Of a stretch of 64,000 nucleotides of DNA, positions 52,751 through 64,000 are shown in pieces. The notes below the pieces were generated by a model, which saw nothing but the letters and a program-made list of their open reading frames with translations, was not told where the DNA came from and did not search any database. The translations under genes were made by a program, and so were the position numbers. Source of the DNA: Hormiphora californensis (Eukaryota; Animalia; Ctenophora); assembly GCA_020137815.1 (NCBI GenBank), contig CM035360.1, positions 744,001 to 808,000 on the forward strand, given 5' to 3'. Within the stretch, counting starts at the first letter, position 1. Every line of letters begins with the position of its first letter.

Positions 52751-53154
52751 GTGATTTCTGGTCTAGCATGGATAACACCTATTTTGATGTGAGGGTATTT
52801 AATCCTAGGGTGGCATCTAACTCTAACCAGGCAATCTCTAAAGTGTATGAAAAACATGAGAGGGAGAAAAAGACTGGCTACCTTCATCGGATCATTGAAG
52901 TGGAAAAATCTTCATTTACACCTCTGGTAATGTCCACGACGGGGGGCCTCGGTCGAGAATTCAAAAAGACACTGAAACAGCTAGCCGATAAGAAAGCTAA
53001 GACAACGGGATACACCTACGACCAATGCATCCGTTATCTTCGACTCAGACTATCTTTCGCCATGGTGCGATCAATAACGGTTTCCATCAGGGGGCACCGG
53101 GGTAGATTGAGGGGCGAGGGTAACAGGGACGAGCAGCTATATCAAGTGTGGTAA
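52751..53154 (+). mobile_element. 3' fragment of a CRE-clade non-LTR retrotransposon (restriction-like endonuclease domain)
   Basis: RDFW..YFDVRVFNP..YEKHEREKK.GY..RIIEVEKSSFTPLVMSTTGGLG..RLRLSFAMVRS..IRGHR; the frame continues across the MULE TSD (STRDFW). Confidence 0.8.
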
Positions 53155-53448
53155 TAGACTCATTTTATATTTTATATTTAATTTATTAATGTTTTTATCA
53201 TTGTAAGTGTCTACACGTATTTATATTCAGGCCGATGTTGGCCGCCACCCCCCCCCTTCTTTTTTTTTTTTCTCGTTTTTCTTTCCCGTGTGTTTTTTAC
53301 ACTCCCCTCGCGTGCACCGTCAGAGGGGCCTGCAACCAGTAGTGTATGCCAATGGTTGGCAGTCAATCAAAATATTTTGCTAATTTAAGTAACAATTCCG
53401 CTGTAGCCTTTCAAGGAAAATGACAAAAAATCCCCTGTAAAAATCACC

Positions 53449-55779
53449 ATGGACGCAACAGATCTGCCAGTGTTCAAGGAATTAGTTCCTACTTTAACCC
53501 TACCGTTGGGATGTGGTAAAAACAATAAACCCCCGATACCCATTCACTCCAGTCTTGATGAATCACTGTTCGTGGTAGGCGCCTTAAAGACTCGCTCTGA
53601 GGATGATGCTCCGAAAATGCTTCAACCTCAGGTCGTGGATAACGATAGAACTGTTGATAAGGTTTTTGATAAAATTATACCTTGTAAAACTCAACGCTGG
53701 TACAGACAGCGCTTTGAATACAAATTAAAGGAGTATGAAATATTTCTTAACATCGGGGAAAACACAACTAATGGCTTATGGGAATGTGCATTCTGCTCAG
53801 CAGTTAAAAATGAACAGTCGATAGTGAATCATTTCAAACAATTCCACCTTAGTAATTGGTCAGAATCCCTCAGCTTGTGCAAGGATTGCGCTACGGTGGG
53901 GACCAGAGGATACATTATGTCCATTAGGGCAGCAACTGTAACAATCGCACTTAGATATTACGGACAGAATCGAAACCGTTTGTTAAGGGAGGTTAAGATT
54001 TGTAGAGGAATGAGCTGTGGACTTACTACTCCGGGAAGAAAGGAAGATGAACGGTTTACATGTGTCCAGTGTAAGTTACGAATGGAGGGGGTGGAGGCTG
54101 CCCAATACCACATGGTTAAGGAGCATCACAAGACTTTGTGTGGAGAGTGCATGGTTGTGGGCACCTTCTGTTTACCTCAGGATTGTTGTGGGGGATGCAG
54201 TGAATGCAGGGATATTCTGAATTATATTTGTAAGCCATGTCGGACTGAGCTGAACACACCAAATCCCTTGTCTTATAACAGGTCTCAGATAATGACGAAG
54301 GATAAAAGACAAATTCCCGGTTTTGTTAGTAAAGCTGCTGAAAGAGCTGCTGCCCTAAAATTAGCAAGAGCAGCTGCACTGAAAGCTGCACAAGCGGCTC
54401 AAAAAGCTGCAGAAAAGGTGGCTCGTCTAGAGTCTGAAAATGCAGCTGCAGAAAGAGCGGAAAAGGCGAGAAGCGTGAGGCGAAAAGCACTTGAGGTTGC
54501 AAGAAAAGTGGCTGAAGAAAAAGCTGTAAAATTTAAAGTGGCTGAAGAAAAACCGGTTGCACATAGGACCACAAAAGAAGCACGCGAAGCTGATGCAATG
54601 GCAATAGCCGCTAACGCAAAAGCAGCAGCGTGCGCTTATCGGCAGCTCATATTCGGCCAAAAGAGGAAGCTATTTAAGAGGAAAGTAGCCAGACCAGCTG
54701 CCAGGGTTGTGAAAGGCCGAGTATCCAAAGCAGCTGTAAGAGCAGCGATCACTGATGATAAAATTAAAATAGCTGCTTGTGATGAGAAATGGAAACCTGA
54801 TCCTGATCTTTCTGATACGAATTCCATAACTTCTCAACATCCCCCCGAAACCCCGGCAAGGCAACCGAAACCCCCTAATCGGGAACTCAGAAAGTCGTGG
54901 AAACCACTGCCCAGAGATCCCAAACAGCAGCCCGTGTCTATATCAACGCCGAAGTCTACTCCTCCACATCCATCTACTGCTACACAGTCCTCTACCCTTG
55001 CCCAGCCCTCTGCTGCTACACAGCCCTCTACTGCTACACAACCCTCTGCTGCTACACATCCATGTACCATTGCCCAGCCCTCTGCTGCTACACAACCCTC
55101 TGCTGCTACACAACCCTCTGCTGCTACACATCCATGTACCATTGCCCAGCCCTCTGCTGCTACACATCCATCTACCCTTGCCCAGCCGTCTACTCTAAAT
55201 CAGCCGTCTACTCCTCAACAGCCGTCGACCCCTATACAGCCGTCGACCCCTACACAGCCGTCCCCTGCTAACCAGTCAAAACTGTCATCCGCGATTACGC
55301 AGCTTTCTACAGCTATAACCCAACTTCCTACTCCTGTTAAACAGCTGGGTAACCCTTCCAAACACCTCGTTACCCCTACAGAACTTTCCAGAAAACCTAA
55401 AAAACTTCTGTCCCAACCTTTCACAGGTATTGGAATGTTGGAAACGAACACCACGTCCCCCGTCACCGTGAGTATTCGTGCGAGGAAAGAGGATAACGCC
55501 TCGGCGCCCCATAATCCTGCAGCTGTCGTTAACTCTAAATCACGACCCCCAGCTAAACCACAACTGTCGTCTTTGGCAGATGTTGAATGGATCGACACTG
55601 TTTTAAAGTATGAACAGTTCCAGGCAAATAAGCGGAATCTCCCTCTGACCAAGAAGGTCGCTATTCCTATTATATCTGCAGCTGTTCAGCTTGGTGATGC
55701 CATGCGCACGGCTGGTAGTGGAGGGGTGACTGCGTCACCAACTGTTCAGCCAGGTTCCAAGCGTTCGGCGCCTAGATAG
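53449..55779 (+). CDS. Intronless orphan ORF: Cys/His zinc-finger clusters, Ala/Lys-rich helix, QPS(A/T)AT repeats
   Basis: 776-aa ORF; C2H2-like CAFC..HFKQFH and CVQC..HMVKEHH; further CxxC clusters. Confidence 0.6.
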   Translation: MDATDLPVFKELVPTLTLPLGCGKNNKPPIPIHSSLDESLFVVGALKTRSEDDAPKMLQPQVVDNDRTVDKVFDKIIPCKTQRWYRQRFEYKLKEYEIFLNIGENTTNGLWECAFCSAVKNEQSIVNHFKQFHLSNWSESLSLCKDCATVGTRGYIMSIRAATVTIALRYYGQNRNRLLREVKICRGMSCGLTTPGRKEDERFTCVQCKLRMEGVEAAQYHMVKEHHKTLCGECMVVGTFCLPQDCCGGCSECRDILNYICKPCRTELNTPNPLSYNRSQIMTKDKRQIPGFVSKAAERAAALKLARAAALKAAQAAQKAAEKVARLESENAAAERAEKARSVRRKALEVARKVAEEKAVKFKVAEEKPVAHRTTKEAREADAMAIAANAKAAACAYRQLIFGQKRKLFKRKVARPAARVVKGRVSKAAVRAAITDDKIKIAACDEKWKPDPDLSDTNSITSQHPPETPARQPKPPNRELRKSWKPLPRDPKQQPVSISTPKSTPPHPSTATQSSTLAQPSAATQPSTATQPSAATHPCTIAQPSAATQPSAATQPSAATHPCTIAQPSAATHPSTLAQPSTLNQPSTPQQPSTPIQPSTPTQPSPANQSKLSSAITQLSTAITQLPTPVKQLGNPSKHLVTPTELSRKPKKLLSQPFTGIGMLETNTTSPVTVSIRARKEDNASAPHNPAAVVNSKSRPPAKPQLSSLADVEWIDTVLKYEQFQANKRNLPLTKKVAIPIISAAVQLGDAMRTAGSGGVTASPTVQPGSKRSAPR

Positions 55780-55783
55780 TAGA

Positions 55784-56731
55784 TTCATACTGCCAGCTGC
55801 CGATAATCCTATCTCACAAACTACCCCTCAAACCCATGTACGAGTCTTTCAATTAAATCAGCATCCAAATAATCAGTCTGCAACCTTCGTTCAAGTCCCT
55901 ACTCCACTACAACCTCCAACTCCTTCTGCACCGGGTGTTCAAGTCCCTACTCCTGTTGCAGCAGTCTCTACTCCAGTGCAGGCTCCAACTCCTGCTATAC
56001 CCGAACCCTCTACAACACACTTACAAGTGTCTAGTAATAGTCAAGTACAGCCTTCAACTAACCCTTCCACGGCTCAGAATCAAGTATCTACTCCCGAGCA
56101 GCCTTCAACTAGTACTGTAAAGCTGCGAAGTCGATCAGTCACTAGGACCGTTGAAAAAAGCTCGAAGCTAGCCCGGTTAGAATTGACTCAACCTTCGGCA
56201 ACCCGTCCCCCGGTATCTACTCCCGTGCAGCCTTCAACTAGTACTGTGAGTCTGCGAAGTCGATCAGTCACTAGGACGGTTGAAAAAAGCTCGAAGCTAG
56301 CCCGGTTAGAATTGACTCAACCTTCGGCCACCCGTCCCCCGGTACCTACTCCCGATGCAGCCCTGTTGAGACTAGCCCAACAACCAACTAAACGCTTGTC
56401 TACAGATCCACTTGTGACAAAACCCTCCGATAAAACCCAAGATGCCACCCAACCATCTGCTCGACCTAGGAAACTCTTTCGCCGGACTCGTGTCATAGAT
56501 GCCGTTTCAGGGCTAATGGATCTCGCCAGACCGCCGTCCAACGAACCGAGTCAAGTGTTGGACCCAATCTCGAAAACTTGTCCAGACCTACCCAATCCTA
56601 CACTATCCCACGAACCGGAAAAACAACAGGGCAAGTTAATCGATCTCGCCAGACCGCCGTGCGGGGAACCAAACCTCGAAAACTACCCTGTCCTGCGAAC
56701 CGGAAAAACTACAAAACAAATCGGTCTGTGA
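55784..56731 (+). CDS. Frameshifted continuation of the orphan ORF (Pro/Ser/Thr-rich, ~43-aa tandem repeat)
   Basis: Frame is open from before 55784 to 56731; same composition as the upstream ORF. Confidence 0.5.
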   Translation, partial: FILPAADNPISQTTPQTHVRVFQLNQHPNNQSATFVQVPTPLQPPTPSAPGVQVPTPVAAVSTPVQAPTPAIPEPSTTHLQVSSNSQVQPSTNPSTAQNQVSTPEQPSTSTVKLRSRSVTRTVEKSSKLARLELTQPSATRPPVSTPVQPSTSTVSLRSRSVTRTVEKSSKLARLELTQPSATRPPVPTPDAALLRLAQQPTKRLSTDPLVTKPSDKTQDATQPSARPRKLFRRTRVIDAVSGLMDLARPPSNEPSQVLDPISKTCPDLPNPTLSHEPEKQQGKLIDLARPPCGEPNLENYPVLRTGKTTKQIGL

Positions 56732-57398
56732 GTTAGACACTTCTTCTAGAGGGCCTGATAACACACGGGGGAATATCTCCAAGGCAATAACGCTAGGTTG
56801 GCGGCAGCAGCAATTATGGAGACCTTCTCACACAATTAGAAGAAAGAGTTGGAAACGGAGATTTTCATAAACATTGGAGTGGATACTCGGTGTCACTTGA
56901 AGAATATCGACCAATATTTAAAGGTGTCAGGTCGTTCGTTTGGCGTGTAGAAGGTCTGATATCAATGACAATTGTTGGTTTATTTTGAAAGTTGGTTTTG
57001 TTAATCGGCCTGTATGCCGTCAGGGGTTTAGAAAATAGCAGATCAGTTGGGTTCGGCCAACACTATTGCCGGGAGAAATAAAACGGGCGAGGCCACAGGC
57101 AGATGCTTTTAAGTTATTTTCTTACTTTTACTGTAAATGTTTTTATAAACACTGACTAAATTGAAATGTTTTTAATGGATACCAATGAGTTTTATATCTC
57201 AAACCTCCCCCTCCGGTCTCCCTTATTCTGTAATAATTCATGAAAAATTATCTTCTTTGCCGTTGACACCAACTCCAGCGCACCGCCCATATAACAAAAT
57301 GGCGACATCCCAGATCCCTTGTAAGATTGTTTCTGTGTGTGCGATAACATTAACAACACTTCATAATGTACTGTACATCAGATCCAGGATATGTCGGA

Positions 57399-60300
57399 AT
57401 GAATGTAGAGTCGTTAAGTGCTGCGTTCAAAGCGGCACAGGACTTACCAGACAACGATGTCCAACTTATTGTGAGTACAAAACGGTAGTTTTTCCTTTGT
57501 GAGTACATACTATGAATTGAACACGGATAGATAGCACAGCAACTATCTTATTAATACAACACAGAAACTGTCTTATTAGTACTGTAGTCTGTATAGAACG
57601 CTATTGTAGATAGCTCAGCAGCAACTAAGTACACTTTAGAAGAGACAAATGATGATTGAAAAGAAATGGAACTGATCCCTAACTACAAATGAAATTCAGC
57701 GTACTTTTAAAACGTTATCCAAGAGATATAACCAGTGGTTACCAGTGGTTACCAGTGTAGTGGTTACTAACCACTCTCCTCCAGGCATACGTCATCAGCA
57801 GTTGCATAGTGGGGCTGACAGTGATGCTCTTCATGTACTGCTGTGTCAGTGTTAAGAAGAAAGTGACACGAAGAAGAGGAGATGGTGGGGGTTTGTATAA
57901 CTCCCAGCCCTCAACCTCTGGGGGTTCTTCAACCTCACTACCCCGGATTAGAAAGAGGGATAAAGTGGCAAATCTGACCAAGAAAATGTTCAAGAAATTA
58001 CCAAAGGTTGGTGAGATGTTTTGACATTTTGACAATTTTGAGGGTTAAAATATGTTACTCGGGCAGTATTGCCAATCATTTGACTAGTTTCCTCAAGTTT
58101 GAAGATTCAGACTATCTGACAAGCAGACAAGAGATTCGATGAAAACAACAAAACTACATAATTTTCCAGATTTCAGTTACCGCTGAAGATGGTCCCGGTT
58201 TAAGGCATTATCTTCGAGACAGGGCACGTGCCTAATTCCGAATTCTTGGTGTTCAAATCACACGTGATATAGATCTGCACGTGCTGTATCTAATCGCTCT
58301 ATAATCAGCATGATTTCATGGGTCGCTGGTTTTGGGAGAAAAATAAAATAATATTGCAAATCAGTTCTGAAATGCCTGTTATAATTCCAAATTAGGTAAC
58401 CACAAGCCCTATTGGAAATCTAACACTTGTTTGCTTTCAGGCTAAAAGTTTTCAAGATATCCACAAGATTTTGGACCGGCGAGCTACAATGACCTTGGAA
58501 TCTGCTCGACGTTTCATCCAGGTATGTATTGTTTTAAATATATTGTTTTAAAACATGTCCTTATCAAAATGTGAAGTGATGAAACAGAAATAAAGAGGTG
58601 CTGTTCTTTAGTCAAACTGTACAGTGTACTTGTACAGAAAGATCGCTGCTCCTCCTTATCGTCCTAAGATTCTAACTCCCCTACTATTCCCTACAGGGTC
58701 CCGGTGACGTACCTGGAATGGTGAGGAAGAACACCGGCCCTCCAACTTCCGCTCTTGAGGTATGTAACATGATGGAGGGAGGGGGATAGTATAATGGGGG
58801 GGAGGTAATATAGGGGGGAGATAATATTATATGTGGGGGGGGGGATAGTTATAGTGATTAGATAAAACGGGTTGTATGTGCTCGGGGCCTGGCCGTAGAC
58901 AAGAGTTTACATTCAAGGTATACACATAATATACTTACACTGAGGAAGTGCGGAGGCGCTTGCCATCGCTATTACTGATCAGAGAGCATGCTCTCATTCC
59001 CTACAAAAACAGAGCAAAAATCAGTTGTACTGATTGTAGAAATGATGGCCTATTTATTGTTGTTGTTTGTACACACGCGATATTATCATTATTTCTGTTA
59101 CCCCCAGACTTTCCTGTTACCCCAGTTTGTCTGATCTAATACCAGCCTGCCCAGGAAATAATGGGAGATGCAGACCACAGGCTGCCTGCAGAACTAAAGA
59201 ATATTCTTCACAGCACAAGGGTCTTTGGAAACTTCGAACAGCCAGTTTTCCTTGAGCTATGTAAGTGTTTCGAAAAAATAATGTAATTCATACCTCTGAA
59301 ACTACATCAGGGGTTTTATTTTTGCTCCCTGCATGCATTCCGTTTCATTGACAATCTCAACCCCCTAATTCCATATATTTCTCTGTTTGTATACACCAAG
59401 GAGTACACTCCTAATAGTTAAAACACAACAAATAGAAACACGTTGGTTTACAAACAAATGTTTCGATCTTGCGATCTCATCAGTGTAAACATCAGTTAAA
59501 ACACACAAAGAACTCTTTTATACCCAGGTAAGTTTGTATCAAGTTCATTCTACCCTCGGGGAAGTCTCCTGAATGATCTGGACAGCAGCTTCTACGTCGT
59601 CCAATCAGGGGAGATGAGCGTGTTCATTGAGGATTCTGATCAGAAACAGTAAGAAATTATCGGCAGGTCGGAAGAATCTCGACACGCTATTACAGTACTA
59701 TAATAACTCGCTATTACAGTACTGTAATAGCGATACCCTGTATGTATTACCAAAACTGTAACAGTAATAAGAGTTGCCAAAACTGGTTGTCTCCAAATGT
59801 TCCTATCTTTATTAATGGACGATAATAACTCTCCTCTCCCTCATGTGACAATTCCCCCTTTCACCCCACCTAGATATGTGATAAAGAAGGCGTACACGGG
59901 TGATAGTATCTTCAGTTTGATCAGCATTCTTGATACAATATCCTCTGCCAAAACGCGAAGGACTAATGTATACGCACGATGTGATACTGATTGTATGTTA
60001 CTGAAGTGAGTTGTTTCATTGGTTACCTCGGGTTACAATTGGTTACCACGGGTTACAATTGGTTACCACGGGTTACAATTGGTTACCACGGGTTACAATT
60101 GGTTACCACGGGTTACAATTGGTTACCACGGGTTACAATTCGATGTAGTTGGTTAAAATATTTGTGTAACTAACAACTCTCTCACTCAGGTTACCGAACA
60201 GTGCATTTGGGTCCGTGCACAGCAAGAATCCTGAGTCAATGTTTAGGTAAGTGACATGTTATTCAGATAATTGTTTCATGGGGAACGTTATGGTTTCTTC

Positions 60301-63300
60301 TGTGGGTAATCACTACGATGCTCTCCGTTACATGTCCTCGGCCCCTTGTAACAGGTCGGCCTTGCTAACAATTCGGGCCATTTGGTCGTAGTTTTGGTAA
60401 CATTTCAAACAATTTCTTCTCTCAGGTTTATTCAGGTTATCCTTCTGCGTTTATCACGAGTTACCTATCTCGCTCTCTACAAGTACCTTGGACTTACCAG
60501 GGAAAATGTTGAAAAGGTAAATTATCTGGATTTTATACCATATTTGGGCATAACAAATTTGGGCATATTATGTGATACGCAAGGATACTCTTATCTCTCT
60601 TTATCTCCTTCTGTTCCCCAAAAACTAACCCCCAACTCCTATTCCAGGAAATAGATCTACCTGAGATGCAGGTCCACTCCTTGACCTCCCTTCGTCGGAG
60701 TCGATCAGGGAAACAGCGCAGGAAAGGGCGGAGTAGAAGTAATACGGGCAATAGTAGTAACGTGTCTACTGATAATGAACAATTTGAGGAGGCTGTGAGT
60801 CATAGCCTGGAGACTGGAGCTGCACTCAATTTTGATATCGGTAAGATATTTAAACATAATTCCATTGTAACTCTTCATCAATTGTACTGTTCGTTTCTTC
60901 TCCCGTTGCCTGGCTAGACTGTGTTTCGGGCGCCGTTTATTTTATTATTTATGTAAAGGGAGGGTTAGAACATAACAATGATTTTAAATGATAGAAACAG
61001 GACACATGGTTCAACCTATCACAGGTCCCCCATGAAATATATTTTGAACACCCCCCCCCCCATTTGGTTACGAAGTCACCCCTGTTATTATATTGCATAT
61101 ATATCCTTGAGCTATATTAACGCGAAGGGGTAATTTCATTGCCAACTCCCCATCAGGTTCGCCGGTAGCTGTTCGGGAGGAGTTCCCAGAGGATAATGCG
61201 GTGATTAAAATCGCAATGGAGGACCTTGCAACGATACTGGATCTCCCGGTTAGTACCAGGGACAGAGTACCATGTCAAGTTAGATCTATGCAGTAGAAGA
61301 TGATAGAACTTGGACGAGGTGATTGGGAGAAGGGTCGTAAAACAAAGATAGAGAAGCTATTATTTGCTTCAGCTTACAATAAACATTTTGACTGGTAGAC
61401 ATATTCTTCACACACATATTCCATACATAATTTCAAACCACATCTAGTTTTACAGTCGTCACACACACCTAGATAACCACCGTAACGAAGTTACCCCTCC
61501 CTTGCCGGCGCGGCGTGCGAAGCACGCCAAACGAAGGCCGCGAAGCGGCCTGAGTAGGGGTAACAAACCCGCTTTGATTCACTTCAAAAATTAATAGCTC
61601 CTCAACCACTCAATGAAAATGCACCAAATTTTGGTATTCCCCACCAAATTGTCTGAAAATTATAATTCTGTACTCATATTTAAAAAATTATCCCCGGAAC
61701 CTTGGTTTTGAAATCAGTTTTAGGTGTTAATGATGAAAAAAATTTTTGAAAAAGTAGGTCAGGTATGCTTAACATCATATCAAAGATCGTGGCAAAGTTT
61801 GAAGTTTCTATCTTGAAAGGTCTGGCCATCAAAATTAAAAAGGTCTTGAAGTTGAACCATTTGTACAAAACATGTTGTAACTCAGCTTCTACTTTGCCAA
61901 ATTAAACCTGGTTTGAAACACTGAACTGCTAATCTATCCCTCCGAATACGGACGAAGTTTGAAACCGCCAGCTCTATTGGCCGCTCTGCAATACTTGTTT
62001 GTGTCAAAGAAATCAGGAAAGTAACGAGATTTGGTCTCGGTGTGGCCCTGTGCGCGGCTCAAACCCCTTAGCTAGAACTATGTAGTGTAGACTACAACTT
62101 TTCAGTGCTCAGTATAACGTTTTGGGCGCGCTATAAAAATAGGGGAAGCCCTTCTGATACCTCTAAACAGAGTGTGAGGTGTCTTCGATACCAACAGCTG
62201 ATGTACCTTCAACTTCAGTGTTGCTAGGCCAGTGACATGACTGTAGCGCGCGGTGATTCAAAAGTTATGAAAAGACGCAGCGCAGCACTTGTCGCACCGA
62301 CGCCCGTGGGAATCACTATCACAGAAATGCTATTTCAACTTTGGCAGGATCACAGTTCACAGCGAGCATCAAAATATACCGATCGAGTGCTCGATCATCT
62401 GGACAGGAAAGAAGATTACAAACTTGTAACAAACCTTCTATTTGAGTTCTTTTCAGGATCCCTCCATGTTGGAGGGGAAAGTTACATTGATACACATTGC
62501 TCGAGGGAGTGTTATCTCGAAACAGGGGGAAACAGAGAAATTCCTGACATTTGTGATTTCTGGACACCTTGAAATCACACAACAGGACGTACAGGAGGAC
62601 TCCCAGGTTTGTTTACGGGAGGCCTTGTTTTTATTCAAACCCGGTGCGTGCTGACTCACCACGCCCCGGGTTTGATTTCCTAGTTCGACCCTCTGTTCGC
62701 GAGTTCTTGTCTCTTACAAATGTAAAGGAAGGGTTAGAACATAACAAGGATTTGAACAAAAACCACTGGTGAGACAGGGTTTAGCAAGGCAAGGGAAGCC
62801 CATAACAACTGCCTTAATGTATCAACGTGTTCTATTACAGGTGTACATGTATACAACGAGACTTGGTGAGTTGCTGGGGATCATGTCTGTGTTAACTGGT
62901 GACCCCAGTCAGGTCACTGTAACTGCCATCAAGCGATCCATCATCCTAACCATCTCCCGGAACGACATTTTCAGGTATGTCAAGATATGGACATGCTTGG
63001 GTCTAAATATGGTCATGGTTTGGTTATTATATGTCCAAATATGGTCATGTAACATATCACCATATATGGGAATGTGTCACATTGTTTCCTAATTCACATA
63101 CTCAATTATCCACACACAGGTTAATTGGCGAGAACCCCTCCACCCTGTTCCGACTAACACAGGAATTTAGTAAGAGGATATCCATGTTCGTTAGGAAGAT
63201 GGATTATGCTCTGGGGTGGAGCAGCATTGAGGCGGGTCATGCGCTGTACAGGTAATTAGTTAATGATTAAATTAGATAATTCAATTCATTAAATTAGTTG

Positions 63301-63835
63301 TTTTATTATCTAAATAGTAAAATAATTTTCGATTTCCTCTACAGACAGGGAGAGCCGTCCCATAGTACATACATTGTGCTAAGTGGCAGGTTGAGGTCTG
63401 TGTTTGAATCTGAGCAGGGGCATAAAGAAATTGTGTCTGAATTTGGTAGGGGTGACACCATTGGAGTTATCGAGTTCGCAACCGGTAAGTGAATAACATC
63501 TTCCGATATAAGACTTTTATTTTTCTCTCAAATAGCACATTGACACTAAATTGTCCTGGATAATGCTAACGTAAGAATATCATAATTAAACGTCTCGATG
63601 ATTGGTTCCGGGGTTTCTAAAAATAAAAGGACCATCACTATTGTAGGATCAACCCGGACCATGACGGTGTTGGCAGTGAGAGACACGGAGCTTGGCAAGA
63701 TTCCAGAGGGTCTTCTGAACACTATCAAGCTGATCCATCCCAAGACGGTATCTCGGTTAATTAGCCTTCTGGGGCATCAAATCCTGGGGCAGTACAAGAG
63801 GAAACACGGAGGTTCTTTGTCCTCCCTTTCAATGA
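57399..63835 (+). CDS. PNPLA6: Neuropathy target esterase / patatin-like phospholipase PNPLA6/7, 5' part (continues beyond the window)
   Basis: N-terminal TM followed by [113 protein letters not shown] exon 57399-57470 is inferred. PNPLA6 versus PNPLA7 cannot be resolved. Confidence 0.9.
59446..59490 (-). ncRNA. Minimal type I hammerhead ribozyme
   Basis: GUUUACA-CUGAUGA-GAUC-GCAA-GAUC-GAAAC-AUUU-GUU^UGUAAAC: 7-bp stem I, 4-bp stem II with GNRA loop, intact core. Confidence 0.8.
60020..60140. repeat. 20-bp minisatellite (GGTTACCACGGGTTACAATT)n
   Basis: About 6 visible copies. Confidence 0.9.
61475..62075 (+). mobile_element. Helitron-like non-autonomous element in a PNPLA intron
   Basis: GCGAAGC mini-hairpins near the 5' end; GC-rich subterminal stretch followed by CTAG. 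Confidence 0.45.
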
Positions 63836-63845
63836 GTATGTTGAC

Positions 63846-64000
63846 TTTGTTTGTTTGTTTGTTTGTTTGTTTGTTTGTTTGTTTGTTTGTTTGTTTGTTT
63901 GTTTGTTTGTTTGTTTGTTTGTTTGTTTGTTTGTTTGTTTGTTTGTTTGTTTGTTTGTTTGTTTGTTTGTTTGTTTGTTTGTTTGTTTGTTTGTTTGTTT
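63846..64000. repeat. (GTTT)n microsatellite
   Basis: Visible. Confidence 0.95.

Overview
Intron-rich animal genomic DNA. The MITE families resemble ones I recall from the ctenophore Pleurobrachia, so the taxon is an inference. Host genes are THOC5 (-), ARMH3/C10orf76 (-), a PDZ-RapGEF (RAPGEF2/6, +) and the 5' part of PNPLA6/7 (+). An intronless voltage-gated proton channel (Hv1-like, +) is nested antisense in a THOC5 intron. From about 34 to 57 kb there is a nest of mobile DNA: foldback elements, Academ-like, MULE, hAT and Tc1/mariner MITEs, a CRE retrotransposon fragment, an inverted partial RapGEF duplicate and a long orphan zinc-finger ORF. Main observations: (1) ARMH3 and THOC5 look co-transcribed. 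A GTGAGT donor sits 4 nt after the ARMH3 stop and an AG acceptor 8 nt before the THOC5 ATG, with no AATAAA between them, predicting a spliced bicistronic mRNA or a trans-spliced operon. (2) The Hv1 lacks the normally invariant S4 Trp (RLARVAR). (3) Two tiny hammerhead-ribozyme inserts and a tRNA-containing insert are each flanked by 12-bp direct repeats. (4) Splice junctions (AG|GT) are tandemly amplified in RapGEF introns. (5) A MULE with a 9-bp TSD carries a composite higher-order satellite. Some tracts (about 1-120, 25.1-26.4 kb, 46-48.3 kb) look error-rich. All homology calls are from recognition of motifs; no searches were run.
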